From the IMG/VR virus record IMGVR_UViG_3300032219_000848, positions 38,178-102,177 of that record: a stretch of DNA of 64,000 nt, one strand, 5' to 3'. Below the pieces are notes generated by a model that was not told where the DNA came from, did not search any database, and worked only from the letters and a program-made list of their open reading frames with translations. This DNA comes from a virus (Duplodnaviria; Caudoviricetes). The position numbers were made by a program, and so were the translations under genes. Shown in pieces: positions 40,038 to 50,335 of this stretch (within the stretch, counting starts at the first letter, position 1; each line of letters begins with the position of its first letter).

Positions 40038-40435
40038 AAGGAAAAGAACTACTAGATGCAAATCCAAAAGCTGCATCTTTAATACATGATTTTTATTTAA
40101 ACGCAATGTTAAATGCGTTAGATGATCAAAGTTTACCAGATAACTTTAAAGAATTTACTAGAGAAAAAGGGCTTCCTATGGAAAATATAGCAGCCATGAT
40201 AGATGCAAATCCTAGACAATTATTTGATGTATTTGATGAGCATAAAATAATAATTGTAATAGATTTTATGCCTGACTTAGGATTATACGGACAGTTTACT
40301 GCTATAGTTAATGGAGAGATGAGTGGCACTAGTCATTCAAATAGAAAAGATGCTGACAAAGATGCTGTAGAAATGGGTATTGAAATGTTAGAATCAAAAC
40401 TAACTGATTTAGTTAATGATAAGAAAAATAGTTAA
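40034..40435 (+). CDS. Hypothetical protein
   Basis: ATGA overlap. Confidence 0.6.
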   Translation: MKGKELLDANPKAASLIHDFYLNAMLNALDDQSLPDNFKEFTREKGLPMENIAAMIDANPRQLFDVFDEHKIIIVIDFMPDLGLYGQFTAIVNGEMSGTSHSNRKDADKDAVEMGIEMLESKLTDLVNDKKNS

Positions 40436-40463
40436 AGTTAATTTTCAAAAATAATTGTTTAAG

Positions 40464-40503
40464 AAAGGCCATGATATTATATTTGTGGCCTTTCTTTTTT
40501 TTT
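40464..40503 (+). terminator. Terminator hairpin containing a Bacteroidota -7-like element (TATATTTG)
   Basis: AAAGGCCA..TATATTTG-TGGCCTTT-CTTTTTTTT. Confidence 0.55.
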
Positions 40504-40526
40504 AAACAATTTAAACAATAATATAT

Positions 40527-43370
40527 ATGGATTTAGGATTACAAGCATTGAGTTCTATTACAGTGTTTTCAAAATATGCAAAATACATACCTGATAAAAA
40601 TAGACGTGAAACATGGGATGAAATTGTTGATCGTTATCAAGATATGATGATTAATAAATATCCAGCATTAACTGAAGCTATTGTAGAAACGGCAAAGATG
40701 ATTCGTGAGAAAAAGATTTTACCTTCTATGAGAGCTTTACAGTTTGCAGGTCCTGCAGCTGAAGTTAACAATGCTCGCATCTACAACTGTTTTGGAGCAG
40801 AAACAAAATTTGTTACATCAGAAGGATTAAAAAGTTTTTCTGATTTTAATCATGGAGATGAAACAGTTGTATTAACTCATCTTGGAAATTGGAAAAAAGC
40901 AATTGTAAATAATTATGGAAAACAAAAGCTTAACAACATTCTGATAAAAAGAGGAAAACATTCTCATACAATAAGAGCAACAGAGAATCATAGATGGATA
41001 TTAAAAAATGACGAAGAAACTACTAATTTAAAAATAGGAGATAAATTAAAAAGTTCATTGCCTATTTTTAATGATTTTGATTATTTTAATAGCGATCCCA
41101 CTGAAAGATTATATTGGGCATATGGTTATATTTTTGGAGATGGTACTTGTTTAAAAGACAAATCAGGACAACCAAAATATAGTATGGTAAGACTTTGTGG
41201 AAAAGATAAAGGTTTGTTTCTAGATAGATTTTTAGAAATAGGATTTAAAACTTCTTCAAGTTGTTCATTAAACGGAGATGTTATGGTATATAGCGGAACT
41301 TATTTAAAAGAAGCTCCAAATCCATCAATTGATTCTCCTTCATTAATACGTGCATTTGTAAGCGGTTATTTAGATGCTGATGGAGGAAAGAATAATTCTC
41401 AAACTTCTTTAAGTAAATTTAGAAGCATTGTAGCTACAGGTGATGTTCATAAATATGTAGTTGAGAAATTATTTCCAATTGCTGGAGTTTTTATATCTTC
41501 TTCTAGAGATTTAGAAGGAAAAGTAACTAATTTTGGAACTAGAGGAGAAAGTAAACAATACAATATTTCAACAGATCTTACATCTTCTACAAATATGAGT
41601 TTTGTTATTAGTGATATTAAAGAAAGTGTAGAAGAAGATGTTTGGTGTTTGGAAGTAGAAGATGATAAAAGTTTTGTATTAGAATATGGAGAAGTAACTG
41701 GAAACTGTTGTTATTTACCAATTGATAGTATACATTCATTCTCTGAGACAATGTTCTTATTGTTAGGAGGTACAGGTGTAGGTTATTCAGTACAAACACA
41801 TCATGTAGAACAACTACCAGAAATTAAACGTCCTACAAAGTCTCGTAATTACTTAATTGAAGATTCTATTATGGGATGGGCTGATGCTGTAAAGATATTG
41901 ATGAAAGCTTATTTAAGTGGAGGAACAATGCCTAAGTTTGATTTTCGTGCTATTCGTGAGAAAGGTGCAAGATTAGTAACTGCAGGTGGTAAAGCACCAG
42001 GACCAGAGCCTCTTAAGCTTTGTCTTACGCACGTTCAAGCTATTCTTGATAGAAAGCATGATGGAGAGAAATTAACAAGCTTAGAATGTCACGATATCAT
42101 GTGTCATATTGCTAATAGTGTATTAGCTGGTGGTATCCGTAGAAGTGCTATGATTTGTTTATTTGATCATACAGATGAATCTATGATTACATCTAAGTAT
42201 GGAAACTGGTGGGAAACTAATGAACAACGTGGACGTGCTAACAATTCTGCTGTATTAGTTCATGGTGAAGTGAGTAAAGAAGAGTTTTTTGCTCTATGGA
42301 AACGTGTAGAAGCATCAGGATCTGGAGAACCAGGATTGTATTGGAGTAATAATAAAGATTGGGGAACTAATCCTTGTGTAGAAATTGCTCTACGACCTTA
42401 TCAATTTTGTAATTTGTGTGATATAAATGTTTCTGAAATAATAGATCAAGAAGATTTGAATGCTCGTGTAGCAGCAGCTGCTTTCTTTGGTACTTTACAA
42501 GCAGGATTTACAAACTTTCATTACTTACGTCCTATCTGGGCTAAGACAACACAGAAAGATGCTCTATTAGGTATTGGTATGACAGGTATTGGTTCAGGAG
42601 AAATCTTAAAATATGATCTTACAATTGCTGCTGAAGTAGCTAAAGCTGTAAATCAAATGATTTCTGCAAAGATTGGTACAAATGAAGCAGCTCGTATCAC
42701 TTGTATCAAACCTTCAGGTACTACAAGTCTTGTATTAGGAACTGCATCAGGTATACATGCATGGCATAATGATTATTATTTACGTACAATGCGTTTTAAC
42801 AAGAATGAAGACATTGCTATATATCTAATGGCTAATCATCCAGAGTTAGTTGAGGATGATGTGTTACGCCCTCAAGATACTATATGTGTACGTATTCCTG
42901 TCAAAGCACCAGAAGGTTCCATCTTAAGAACTGAAACAGCTATAGATACATTAGAGAGAGTTAAACATTTCTCTACTAACTGGATTGGTACAGGACATGT
43001 TACTGGAGAAAACACTCATAATGTATCTGCTACCATATCTATTGATAGTAATAGAAAGTACATCGCAGTTAATATGAATGATGGTGAAGGTACTAAATAT
43101 AATCCAACAGAAGATGGATATATGGATGAGTGGGAAGTTGTAGGTGAGTGGATGTGGGACAATCGTAAATTTTACAATGGTTTGTCAGTGCTCCCTTATT
43201 GGGGAGGATCTTACGTCCAAGCACCTTTTGAAGACATTAGTGAAGAGAAATACAATTCACTTATTAGTAAACTTAAAGAAATTGATATCACTAAAATTAA
43301 AGAAGTATCTGATGAAGTCAACTTCAGTGAGTCCGTTGCATGCGGTGGTGGGGCTTGTGACATTGTCTAA
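40527..43370 (+). CDS. nrdJ: Class II (adenosylcobalamin) ribonucleotide reductase with intein
   Basis: LPSMR, GTGVGYS, GGIRRSA, GTNPCVEI, CIKPSGT, C-terminal ACGGGAC. Confidence 0.9.
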   Translation: MDLGLQALSSITVFSKYAKYIPDKNRRETWDEIVDRYQDMMINKYPALTEAIVETAKMIREKKILPSMRALQFAGPAAEVNNARIYNCFGAETKFVTSEGLKSFSDFNHGDETVVLTHLGNWKKAIVNNYGKQKLNNILIKRGKHSHTIRATENHRWILKNDEETTNLKIGDKLKSSLPIFNDFDYFNSDPTERLYWAYGYIFGDGTCLKDKSGQPKYSMVRLCGKDKGLFLDRFLEIGFKTSSSCSLNGDVMVYSGTYLKEAPNPSIDSPSLIRAFVSGYLDADGGKNNSQTSLSKFRSIVATGDVHKYVVEKLFPIAGVFISSSRDLEGKVTNFGTRGESKQYNISTDLTSSTNMSFVISDIKESVEEDVWCLEVEDDKSFVLEYGEVTGNCCYLPIDSIHSFSETMFLLLGGTGVGYSVQTHHVEQLPEIKRPTKSRNYLIEDSIMGWADAVKILMKAYLSGGTMPKFDFRAIREKGARLVTAGGKAPGPEPLKLCLTHVQAILDRKHDGEKLTSLECHDIMCHIANSVLAGGIRRSAMICLFDHTDESMITSKYGNWWETNEQRGRANNSAVLVHGEVSKEEFFALWKRVEASGSGEPGLYWSNNKDWGTNPCVEIALRPYQFCNLCDINVSEIIDQEDLNARVAAAAFFGTLQAGFTNFHYLRPIWAKTTQKDALLGIGMTGIGSGEILKYDLTIAAEVAKAVNQMISAKIGTNEAARITCIKPSGTTSLVLGTASGIHAWHNDYYLRTMRFNKNEDIAIYLMANHPELVEDDVLRPQDTICVRIPVKAPEGSILRTETAIDTLERVKHFSTNWIGTGHVTGENTHNVSATISIDSNRKYIAVNMNDGEGTKYNPTEDGYMDEWEVVGEWMWDNRKFYNGLSVLPYWGGSYVQAPFEDISEEKYNSLISKLKEIDITKIKEVSDEVNFSESVACGGGACDIV
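40788..41705 (+). mobile_element. LAGLIDADG intein in RNR (306 aa)
   Basis: IYN|CFGAET...VTGN|CCY; block B TENHRW; YGYIFGDG and SGYLDADG motifs. Confidence 0.88.
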
Positions 43371-43491
43371 GGAATTCTTAACAAGTCAAAAATCCTGTTG
43401 CGGCAGTAAATGTTTAAATTGCCCTTATTCTCCTAAATGGGTGAGAGGGTCAACAGAAATTATTACAAATTGTAATGATTTGAAAGATTAG
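43363..43491 (+). CDS. Small Cys-cluster protein (DUF5522-like)
   Basis: CCGSKCLNCPY motif; start uncertain (TTG overlapping the RNR stop). Confidence 0.45.
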   Translation: MSKEFLTSQKSCCGSKCLNCPYSPKWVRGSTEIITNCNDLKD

Positions 43492-43513
43492 GTTTAAGTG
43501 AAAGTTAGTTCAA

Positions 43514-43550
43514 ATAGCTCAGGTGTTTTACACTTGGGCTATTTTATTTT
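43514..43550 (+). terminator. Intrinsic terminator
   Basis: ATAGCTCAGGTG..CACTTGGGCTAT-TTTATTTT. Confidence 0.6.
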
Positions 43551-43595
43551 TAATGAATATTTTGTATCTTTATATAACAATAAAAAATCAATCAA

Positions 43596-44633
43596 ATGGC
43601 AAAAAAGCAAGAGGTTAACACTGGAAAATCCAAATTCCAGGAAGCGTTAGATGCGCTCAATAAAAAATATGGAGAGGGTACTATTCTATCTTTAGGAGAT
43701 AAAAACCACAATGAATATGATCTTATTTCTACAGGATCAATTGCATTTGATCACATCGCTCTAGGTGTAGGAGGTTTTGTTAAAGGGAAACTTTATGAAA
43801 TTGTAGGTTGGGAAGGTTCAGGTAAATCTACCATCTGTGGACACGCTGCAGCCAATTGTCAAAAGAATGGTGATAAGGTGTTATACATAGATGGCGAGCA
43901 TGCTGTTGATCCTAACTATTTCAGTGCTTTAGGTGTAGATATCTCTAAGATGTTAATTGCTCAGCCATCACACGGTGAGGAGGGTTTTCAGATTGCTCTT
44001 GATATGATAGAGACTGGAGAAGTTGGTCTTGTTATCATTGACTCAGACAGTTCATTGATTCCTAAGAAGGTGTTAGATGGTGATATTGGTGATAGTTCTA
44101 TTGGTAGAAAAGCTAAACTTAACAGTGATTCATATCCTAAGTTAAAAGGTGCTCTATCTAGAAACAACACATGTGTTGTTGTTGTAAGTCAGTATCGTGA
44201 GAAGATTGGTATGATGTTTGGTGATCCTAGAACAACTCAAGGTGGTCACGCCCTAAAGTTCTATGCAGACGTACGTATAGAAGTTAGTAAGACTCTTGCT
44301 AAAGAAGGTACAGAAGCTTACGGTAATGTCACTAAGATCAAGACTATCAAGAACAAGATGGCTCCTCCTTTTAAGGCAATTGATTTTGAAATTGTATTTG
44401 GTGAAGGTATTGATCGTATTGGTGAGCTCATAAGCCTTGGTAGTTCATGTGAGATACTACGTAAGTATGGTAAGACAGTAACTTATAATGATACTAAGTA
44501 TGATTATAATGATTTTGTAACATTGCTAAAAGATAATGATGAATTCTTTGATAAGATTCGACATGATATTTTAGATAACATTAATGAAGTTGTAAACGAA
44601 ATAAACGAAATAGAAAATGAAAATTCAATTTAA
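43596..44633 (+). CDS. recA: RecA recombinase
   Basis: ISTGS, GWEGSGKS, YIDGEHA, GGHALKFYADVR, KNKMAPPF. Confidence 0.95.
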   Translation: MAKKQEVNTGKSKFQEALDALNKKYGEGTILSLGDKNHNEYDLISTGSIAFDHIALGVGGFVKGKLYEIVGWEGSGKSTICGHAAANCQKNGDKVLYIDGEHAVDPNYFSALGVDISKMLIAQPSHGEEGFQIALDMIETGEVGLVIIDSDSSLIPKKVLDGDIGDSSIGRKAKLNSDSYPKLKGALSRNNTCVVVVSQYREKIGMMFGDPRTTQGGHALKFYADVRIEVSKTLAKEGTEAYGNVTKIKTIKNKMAPPFKAIDFEIVFGEGIDRIGELISLGSSCEILRKYGKTVTYNDTKYDYNDFVTLLKDNDEFFDKIRHDILDNINEVVNEINEIENENSI

Positions 44634-44822
44634 AAAATTAGTTAGTAATGCTATTACACCTAGGTTTGGTAAACCAGGTGATGCAGGTGCAGATCTTGTA
44701 GCTACAGAAGTTATATTAGATGAAGTACAAAATAAACTATACCACTAATTGAATACAAACAAGTAGATGAACTATCAGAAACAGAAAGAGGAGATGGTGG
44801 ATTCGGAAGTACAGGAAATTAA
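44617..44822 (+). pseudogene. dut: Internally deleted, frameshifted dUTPase
   Basis: N-part MKIQFKKL...GDAGADL (motif 1) stops at 44748; the C-part in another frame reads IEYKQVDELSETERGDGGFGSTGN (motif 5); motifs 2-4 absent. Confidence 0.85.
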
Positions 44823-45098
44823 GATATTAAAATGTGGATGTAGATGGAAAAAAACTACCTGGTCTTAAAACACATCAGGAGAGAAGTCTAACCAGGCTAT
44901 TAAGTATGTAAAGTCCAAACAGCCTATTATACAGGTGATGTTATTTGTTACAACTTAAACTATGCTTAAACGAAGGATCTACAGGAAAGTCATGACTTCT
45001 TATGGTTAGTCAAGTGTTTATTTTATAAGGGGGGAGGAAGTTACAGGAGTGCTACTGTAACTTCTATCTTCTTTTTTAATTAATATAAATAGAAACAA

Positions 45099-45398
45099 AT
45101 GGATCAACAGGAAATTGAGGAAAGATTACAAGGTAATACATTAAAAGATAGACTAGAAATGGATGAAATAGGTCAGATGGAAAGACCTGTACATCCAGAT
45201 CATTACAAAGGATACGCATTTGATGTAATTGATATAGCTAACGAGTATGGGTTAGATTTTTTAGAAGGTAATGTATTAAAGTATTTACTGAGATGGAAGC
45301 GTAAGAATGGACTAGAAGATTTAAAGAAGGCTCAAACTTATCTTAATCTATTAATAGAAAAACAAGATGGTAAAATTATGTTCTGTAGAAAAATGTAA
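45099..45398 (+). CDS. DUF3310 family protein
   Basis: VHPDHY, GNVLKYLLRW..KNGLEDLKKA..YL. Confidence 0.8.
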   Translation: MDQQEIEERLQGNTLKDRLEMDEIGQMERPVHPDHYKGYAFDVIDIANEYGLDFLEGNVLKYLLRWKRKNGLEDLKKAQTYLNLLIEKQDGKIMFCRKM

Positions 45399-45783
45399 TA
45401 AGCCTATATGGAGTAAAGGTTTATGTTTGAATCACATCAAGCGTAAACCCATCACTCCTAAACCTGGTGGACTTATAACAGCTAAGCGTGACATGTTTGT
45501 GCAGAAAATTAAGATAGAAACAATGAGAAACTTCTTCTTAGAAATTTGGAAAAAACGCAAACATTATTCTGAAGTGAGTGGATCTTACTTAGGAAGTGAA
45601 CCAATGACAACTTACTTTCATCACATATTACCAAAAGAAAAATATCCAGAAGCTTGTCTAGATGAAGAAAATATTATAATTTTGACACTTGATGAACATA
45701 CTTCTGTAGAGAATGATATATATAAATATGAAGAAGTTAATAAAAGACGAGAATCATTAAAACTAAAGTATGAAAGAACCTAA
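45367..45783 (+). CDS. HNH-like nuclease with N-terminal Zn ribbon
   Basis: CSVEKC..KGLCLNH; HHILPK..N..LT..EH. Confidence 0.6.
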   Translation: MVKLCSVEKCNKPIWSKGLCLNHIKRKPITPKPGGLITAKRDMFVQKIKIETMRNFFLEIWKKRKHYSEVSGSYLGSEPMTTYFHHILPKEKYPEACLDEENIIILTLDEHTSVENDIYKYEEVNKRRESLKLKYERT

Positions 45784-47494
45784 TCGTGAACGCAAGCAAG
45801 AGATTAAATATAATGTTATTCTCAACGAGGAGCAGAAAGATGCTAGAAAATTAATTATAGAAAATCAGATTGTTATTGTAACAGGTAGAGCAGGTTGTTT
45901 ATCAAAAGGCACTAAAGTGATGATGTATGATTCTGATTTTAAACAAGTAGAAGATATTCAAGTTGGTGACTTATTGATGGGTACTGACTCTAATCCAAGA
46001 ACTGTTTTAAGTCTTAAAAGAGGACAAGAACAAATGTATTGGATTAGGCAAAGTAAAGGCATGGATTACAGAGTTAATGAATCACATATACTATCCTTAA
46101 AAAAAGTTAAATCTGCTATTTATCCTAGAATAACAGGAGATGGAATTAGAAGATTTAATTACGATGCACCTCCTATACATAAAAAAGAAGAAATAATAGA
46201 AAACATAAGTGTAGCTGATTATATTAAACTTTGTAGTAGTGTAAAAGATGGGAAAAATAAAAAATTTAAAGGATATGTATCTGATAGATTGGAATACTTG
46301 GAACAACCTTTAATTATAGAACCTTATTATTTTGGTTTATGGTTAGGAGATGGCTCAAAAGCAAATATAAGACAAGTAACTACTTGTGACTTTGAGGTTA
46401 TAAATTATTTATTAGATAAAAATGCCAGAAAATGCCCCAATAAATATTTATGGAGCCTTCCAGTTAATCTTGAAATGAATAATGAAGTTAAATCTTTATT
46501 TGATGTTACTGATGTAAGTAAAATATCAGAAAAATTTATACCTAAAAAATATTTAATAAATTCAAAACAAAATAGGTTAGAATTATTGGCTGGTCTATTA
46601 GATTCAGATGGCTATTATGTAAAAGCAGGTAAATATTACGAAATAACATTAAAAGATAAAAAGTTATCAGAAGACGTTGTTTTTTTATCTAGGTCTTTAG
46701 GTTATAAAACAAATATTAGAACTAAAGAAGCTAAAATGAAAAGAAAGGATGGCTCAATTTATTCCTGTTTAGTATACAGGATTTCTATTATGCCAGAAGA
46801 TATTATACCTTGTAAAATAGAAAGAAAAAAAAATGAAGTTATTTCTGATTTTAAAAATAGAAAACATACAAGTATAACTGTTGAAAAAGATACAATTGAT
46901 GACTATTACGGATTTGAATTAGATGGAAATAATTTATTTTTATTAGAAGATTTTACGGTAACTCATAATTCAGGAAAGAGTTTAGTTTGTGCATTAGCTG
47001 CATTAGACTTCTTGAATAAGAAACAATGTAATCACATCTTCATCACTCGTGCTACTATCGAGGTCGGTAATTCATTAGGTTATTTACCTGGTTCCTTAGA
47101 TGATAAGTTTAATCCTTACTTAGAAGCATTCCAAGAGAACTTGGTTAAGTGTGCTGACAAGATTAAGATACAAACAATGGTGAAAGATGAACGCATTGTA
47201 GCGTATCCTGTACAATTCATTCGAGGAAAAACTATTGATGATATTCTTGTAGTGGAAGAAGCACAAAATCTTACAAAGGCTGAGATGCTTGCTATTTTAA
47301 CTAGACTTGGGAAAACAGGTAAGATTATTGTTAACGGAGACAATGAACAAAAGGACATAAAGGACAGCTATAATGGACTTAGTTTTGCTATTGATCTCTC
47401 TAAGAAGATTGATGGTATTAAATGGATTAAGTTAAAAGAGAACCATAGATCAGATCTTGTTGGACAAATATTAGACTACGAATATAATAACTAA
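45770..47494 (+). CDS. phoH: PhoH-like ATPase with intein
   Basis: Spliced Walker A GRAG|SGKS, LGYLPG, FIRGKT, EEAQN, LTRLG, GDNEQKD, NHRS. Confidence 0.9.
   Translation: MKEPNRERKQEIKYNVILNEEQKDARKLIIENQIVIVTGRAGCLSKGTKVMMYDSDFKQVEDIQVGDLLMGTDSNPRTVLSLKRGQEQMYWIRQSKGMDYRVNESHILSLKKVKSAIYPRITGDGIRRFNYDAPPIHKKEEIIENISVADYIKLCSSVKDGKNKKFKGYVSDRLEYLEQPLIIEPYYFGLWLGDGSKANIRQVTTCDFEVINYLLDKNARKCPNKYLWSLPVNLEMNNEVKSLFDVTDVSKISEKFIPKKYLINSKQNRLELLAGLLDSDGYYVKAGKYYEITLKDKKLSEDVVFLSRSLGYKTNIRTKEAKMKRKDGSIYSCLVYRISIMPEDIIPCKIERKKNEVISDFKNRKHTSITVEKDTIDDYYGFELDGNNLFLLEDFTVTHNSGKSLVCALAALDFLNKKQCNHIFITRATIEVGNSLGYLPGSLDDKFNPYLEAFQENLVKCADKIKIQTMVKDERIVAYPVQFIRGKTIDDILVVEEAQNLTKAEMLAILTRLGKTGKIIVNGDNEQKDIKDSYNGLSFAIDLSKKIDGIKWIKLKENHRSDLVGQILDYEYNN
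45896..46969 (+). mobile_element. LAGLIDADG intein in the PhoH Walker A (358 aa)
   Basis: GRAG|CLSKGT...VTHN|SGKS; GLWLGDG and LAGLLDSDG motifs. Confidence 0.92.
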
Positions 47495-47498
47495 TATC

Positions 47499-47864
47499 AT
47501 GAATAAAAGAAAACTAATTAGAATAACAATTATCTGTGCTTTGTTAACACAGATAAATCACGCTGCTCATGTATTTTATATCTTGTCAACTCCTGGAACT
47601 TATTCATTAATAATGAGTTTTGTGTTTGCGGTGAGTTTAGAAGCAAGTATATATTTGTTTACAATGTATGGTAGAAAAAATACAGCATTGTTTTTTGGTG
47701 TAATCTCTTGGAGTATTAATGTTTTAAATTATTGGTTTGAAATAGGCTTTACACAAAAGTTTGTAGCAATGAATATAATTAGTGCAATTATTCCTATAAC
47801 AATATATTTTTATTCTGAATTAATTCAAAAAGAAAGAAAAACAACTAAAACAATTAAACAATAA
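47499..47864 (+). CDS. Four-TM membrane protein
   Basis: Hydrophobic segments. Confidence 0.6.
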   Translation: MNKRKLIRITIICALLTQINHAAHVFYILSTPGTYSLIMSFVFAVSLEASIYLFTMYGRKNTALFFGVISWSINVLNYWFEIGFTQKFVAMNIISAIIPITIYFYSELIQKERKTTKTIKQ

Positions 47865-47868
47865 ACTA

Positions 47869-48198
47869 ATGACAACACAAGAAGTTTACACAGACTTGGA
47901 GAGTCGCAAAACCAAACAATCAATGACAAATCAGTTCTTTTACACTCGTAAAGAGGATGAGAAATTATTTTTTGATTCATTTAATATCAATAAAGTAATT
48001 CGTACAGTGATGATAGATCCAAATGATCTATTAGTATTATTAGATGATATTCATGAACGTGTTGTAGAAACACCTAATATCAATCCTAAGACAAATAAGA
48101 TGATTGGTGTAACCCGTAAACGTGATGTATATCAATCAGAAATTCACTTAACAGGTGATGATATTACGAGATTTAAACAGTTAACAGAAATTCAATAA
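47869..48198 (+). CDS. Hypothetical protein
   Basis: Operon packing. Confidence 0.6.
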   Translation: MTTQEVYTDLESRKTKQSMTNQFFYTRKEDEKLFFDSFNINKVIRTVMIDPNDLLVLLDDIHERVVETPNINPKTNKMIGVTRKRDVYQSEIHLTGDDITRFKQLTEIQ

Positions 48199-48488
48199 TG
48201 GCAGATTTTAAACAACTACGTGGTAACAGATTGTTACTAGACCTTCCTAAGAAAGATGAAGGTAAACTTATTGTTGATGACAACACTAAAGAAGCTCTTG
48301 AAAGAGAGATGATGCAGAAACTTAATAAGCTTACCGTGTATGCTGTTGGTGATCTTATTACAGATATTAAAGTGGGAGATGAAATCTTAGTAGATCCAGC
48401 ATCTCTACAGAAGTCACCAGTAGTTCCTATTAATGGAGAGAATAAGTTATTAGTGTCTCCATTTGATGTTATTTTAATATGGAATTAA
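48198..48488 (+). CDS. groES: GroES-like co-chaperonin
   Basis: LRGNRLLL, VYAVG, IKVGDEILV, DVILI; 96 aa. Confidence 0.65.
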   Translation: MADFKQLRGNRLLLDLPKKDEGKLIVDDNTKEALEREMMQKLNKLTVYAVGDLITDIKVGDEILVDPASLQKSPVVPINGENKLLVSPFDVILIWN

Positions 48489-49258
48489 ATAAATTACCAT
48501 TCATTAGTGCAAAATGTATTACTTACGGAAGAGTTCATTTATTAGAAGAGTCAATTGAATCTTTTATTAAACAAGACTATGCTGGACAAAAAGAATTAGT
48601 TATTGTAAATGACTATCCTTTACAAAAGTTAATTTATGATCATCCAGATGTAAGAATAATTAATCTTGATAGAACATTTGACACTATAGGAGAAAAAGAA
48701 AACTTTGCAGTTAGTCAGTGTAAATCTGATATAATTGCAGTGTGGGATGATGATGATGTAGCTATGCCTAATCATCTATCTAATATTGCAAAATATTTTA
48801 TAGAAGGTTCAGACTTATTACATTGGCACAGAGGGGTATTTTTTAATGAACCATCTATATCAGCTATTACAGGACTTGGTAATTCTGGTATTGTTTATTC
48901 TAAACAAGTTTGGGAAAGAGTAGGAGGACATCCTATTGAAAATGCAGGATATGATAATACATTTGTATATAGTATTAGACTTCTACCAGATCCTAAATTA
49001 GTATTTGCTGAACCAGAAGATGAAGATGTAAGTTGGTTCTATATGTGGGGAGGAAGAGGATACCACATGAGTGGTCAAGGAACTGATACTCCAGATAAAC
49101 CTAATGTTATACAAAGACATTCAGAACACGTAGAATTAGAAAGACAAGCAGGAAGAATTCCTACAGGGGATGTTTATTTAAATCCTAATTGGAAGTATGA
49201 TTATAAACAAATGTTAAAAGATCATGTTAGTAGAATTCATAATTCCAACATACAATAG
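48479..49258 (+). CDS. Glycosyltransferase family 2
   Basis: ITYGR...QDY..ELVIVND...WDDDD. Confidence 0.8.
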   Translation: MELNKLPFISAKCITYGRVHLLEESIESFIKQDYAGQKELVIVNDYPLQKLIYDHPDVRIINLDRTFDTIGEKENFAVSQCKSDIIAVWDDDDVAMPNHLSNIAKYFIEGSDLLHWHRGVFFNEPSISAITGLGNSGIVYSKQVWERVGGHPIENAGYDNTFVYSIRLLPDPKLVFAEPEDEDVSWFYMWGGRGYHMSGQGTDTPDKPNVIQRHSEHVELERQAGRIPTGDVYLNPNWKYDYKQMLKDHVSRIHNSNIQ

Positions 49259-49790
49259 AATTGATTTATTAAAGTGTACTCTTTCATCGTTAGTAGCTCA
49301 GTATAATACAGACTGGTCTGCTAATGTTGTTATAGATGATGTCAATAATGATGATATTATTAGTATGATTAATGAATTTAATGATGCTAGAATTAGATGT
49401 ACATTTCTTGATAAAAGATACAATGATTTAGGACACACTCCTAGAGAGGTTGGAAAACAAATGAGCGAAGCTGAGTACATCATCATGACAGGAGATGATA
49501 ACTATTATACTCCTAATTTTGTAGATGAGATATTTAAAACTTCTAAAGATAAACCAGGTCTTATTTATTGGAATATGGTGCATTCTCATTTTGATTATCA
49601 ATTTTTTGATTGTAAACTTGGTAATAATCAAATAGACATGGGAGCTTTTGCTACAAGAAATGATATTGCTAAGCAAATAGAATTAGGAAAAAGGTATGAT
49701 GCTGATGGATATTTTATAATGGACTATCTTCAAAGATTTCCTAAAGAAGAAAACATAAAAATTGAAAAAATATTATTTGTACATAACTGA
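49224..49790 (+). CDS. Glycosyltransferase family 2
   Basis: IIPTYNR...VIDD...GDDN. Confidence 0.8.
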   Translation: MLVEFIIPTYNRIDLLKCTLSSLVAQYNTDWSANVVIDDVNNDDIISMINEFNDARIRCTFLDKRYNDLGHTPREVGKQMSEAEYIIMTGDDNYYTPNFVDEIFKTSKDKPGLIYWNMVHSHFDYQFFDCKLGNNQIDMGAFATRNDIAKQIELGKRYDADGYFIMDYLQRFPKEENIKIEKILFVHN

Positions 49791-50335
49791 TGAGAAAACT
49801 TACACAAATTGCTAACATACATACAGTAGATAAAGGTACAGAACATTACGAAAAGCATGGATATACTGAATATTATGATTTATATATTCCTGAGACAGGT
49901 AAATTTACTTTATTAGAAATAGGTATATGGCATGGTGACTCATTACGTATGTGGAATGAGTATAATCCACAACTAAATATACATGCTATAGATATTAATT
50001 TTGATATATATAACTATGTTAGTGAGTCTGAAAATATTAAAATATATATAGGTGATCAATCAAATGAGATTTTTTTAAATAGTGTATTAGAGAAATCAGG
50101 AACTGTAGATTTTATTATAGATGATGGTAGTCATAATCGTTTAGACATCATTAACTCATTTAAAGTGTTATATGATAGTCTTGTAGAAGGAGGATATTAT
50201 TTTATTGAAGATCTTCATGCAGGACATGCTCAAGTAGACGATACATATAATGATATCATGAACATCCTATCTAATAAACCATATCAAGATATTGAATGGT
50301 TATGTGATAAGAAACTATTAGTTATACATAAATGA
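49790..50335 (+). CDS. Class I SAM-dependent (sugar O-)methyltransferase
   Basis: DKG..HGY, LLEIGIWHGDS, IIDDGSH, GGYYFIED. Confidence 0.8.
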   Translation: MRKLTQIANIHTVDKGTEHYEKHGYTEYYDLYIPETGKFTLLEIGIWHGDSLRMWNEYNPQLNIHAIDINFDIYNYVSESENIKIYIGDQSNEIFLNSVLEKSGTVDFIIDDGSHNRLDIINSFKVLYDSLVEGGYYFIEDLHAGHAQVDDTYNDIMNILSNKPYQDIEWLCDKKLLVIHK

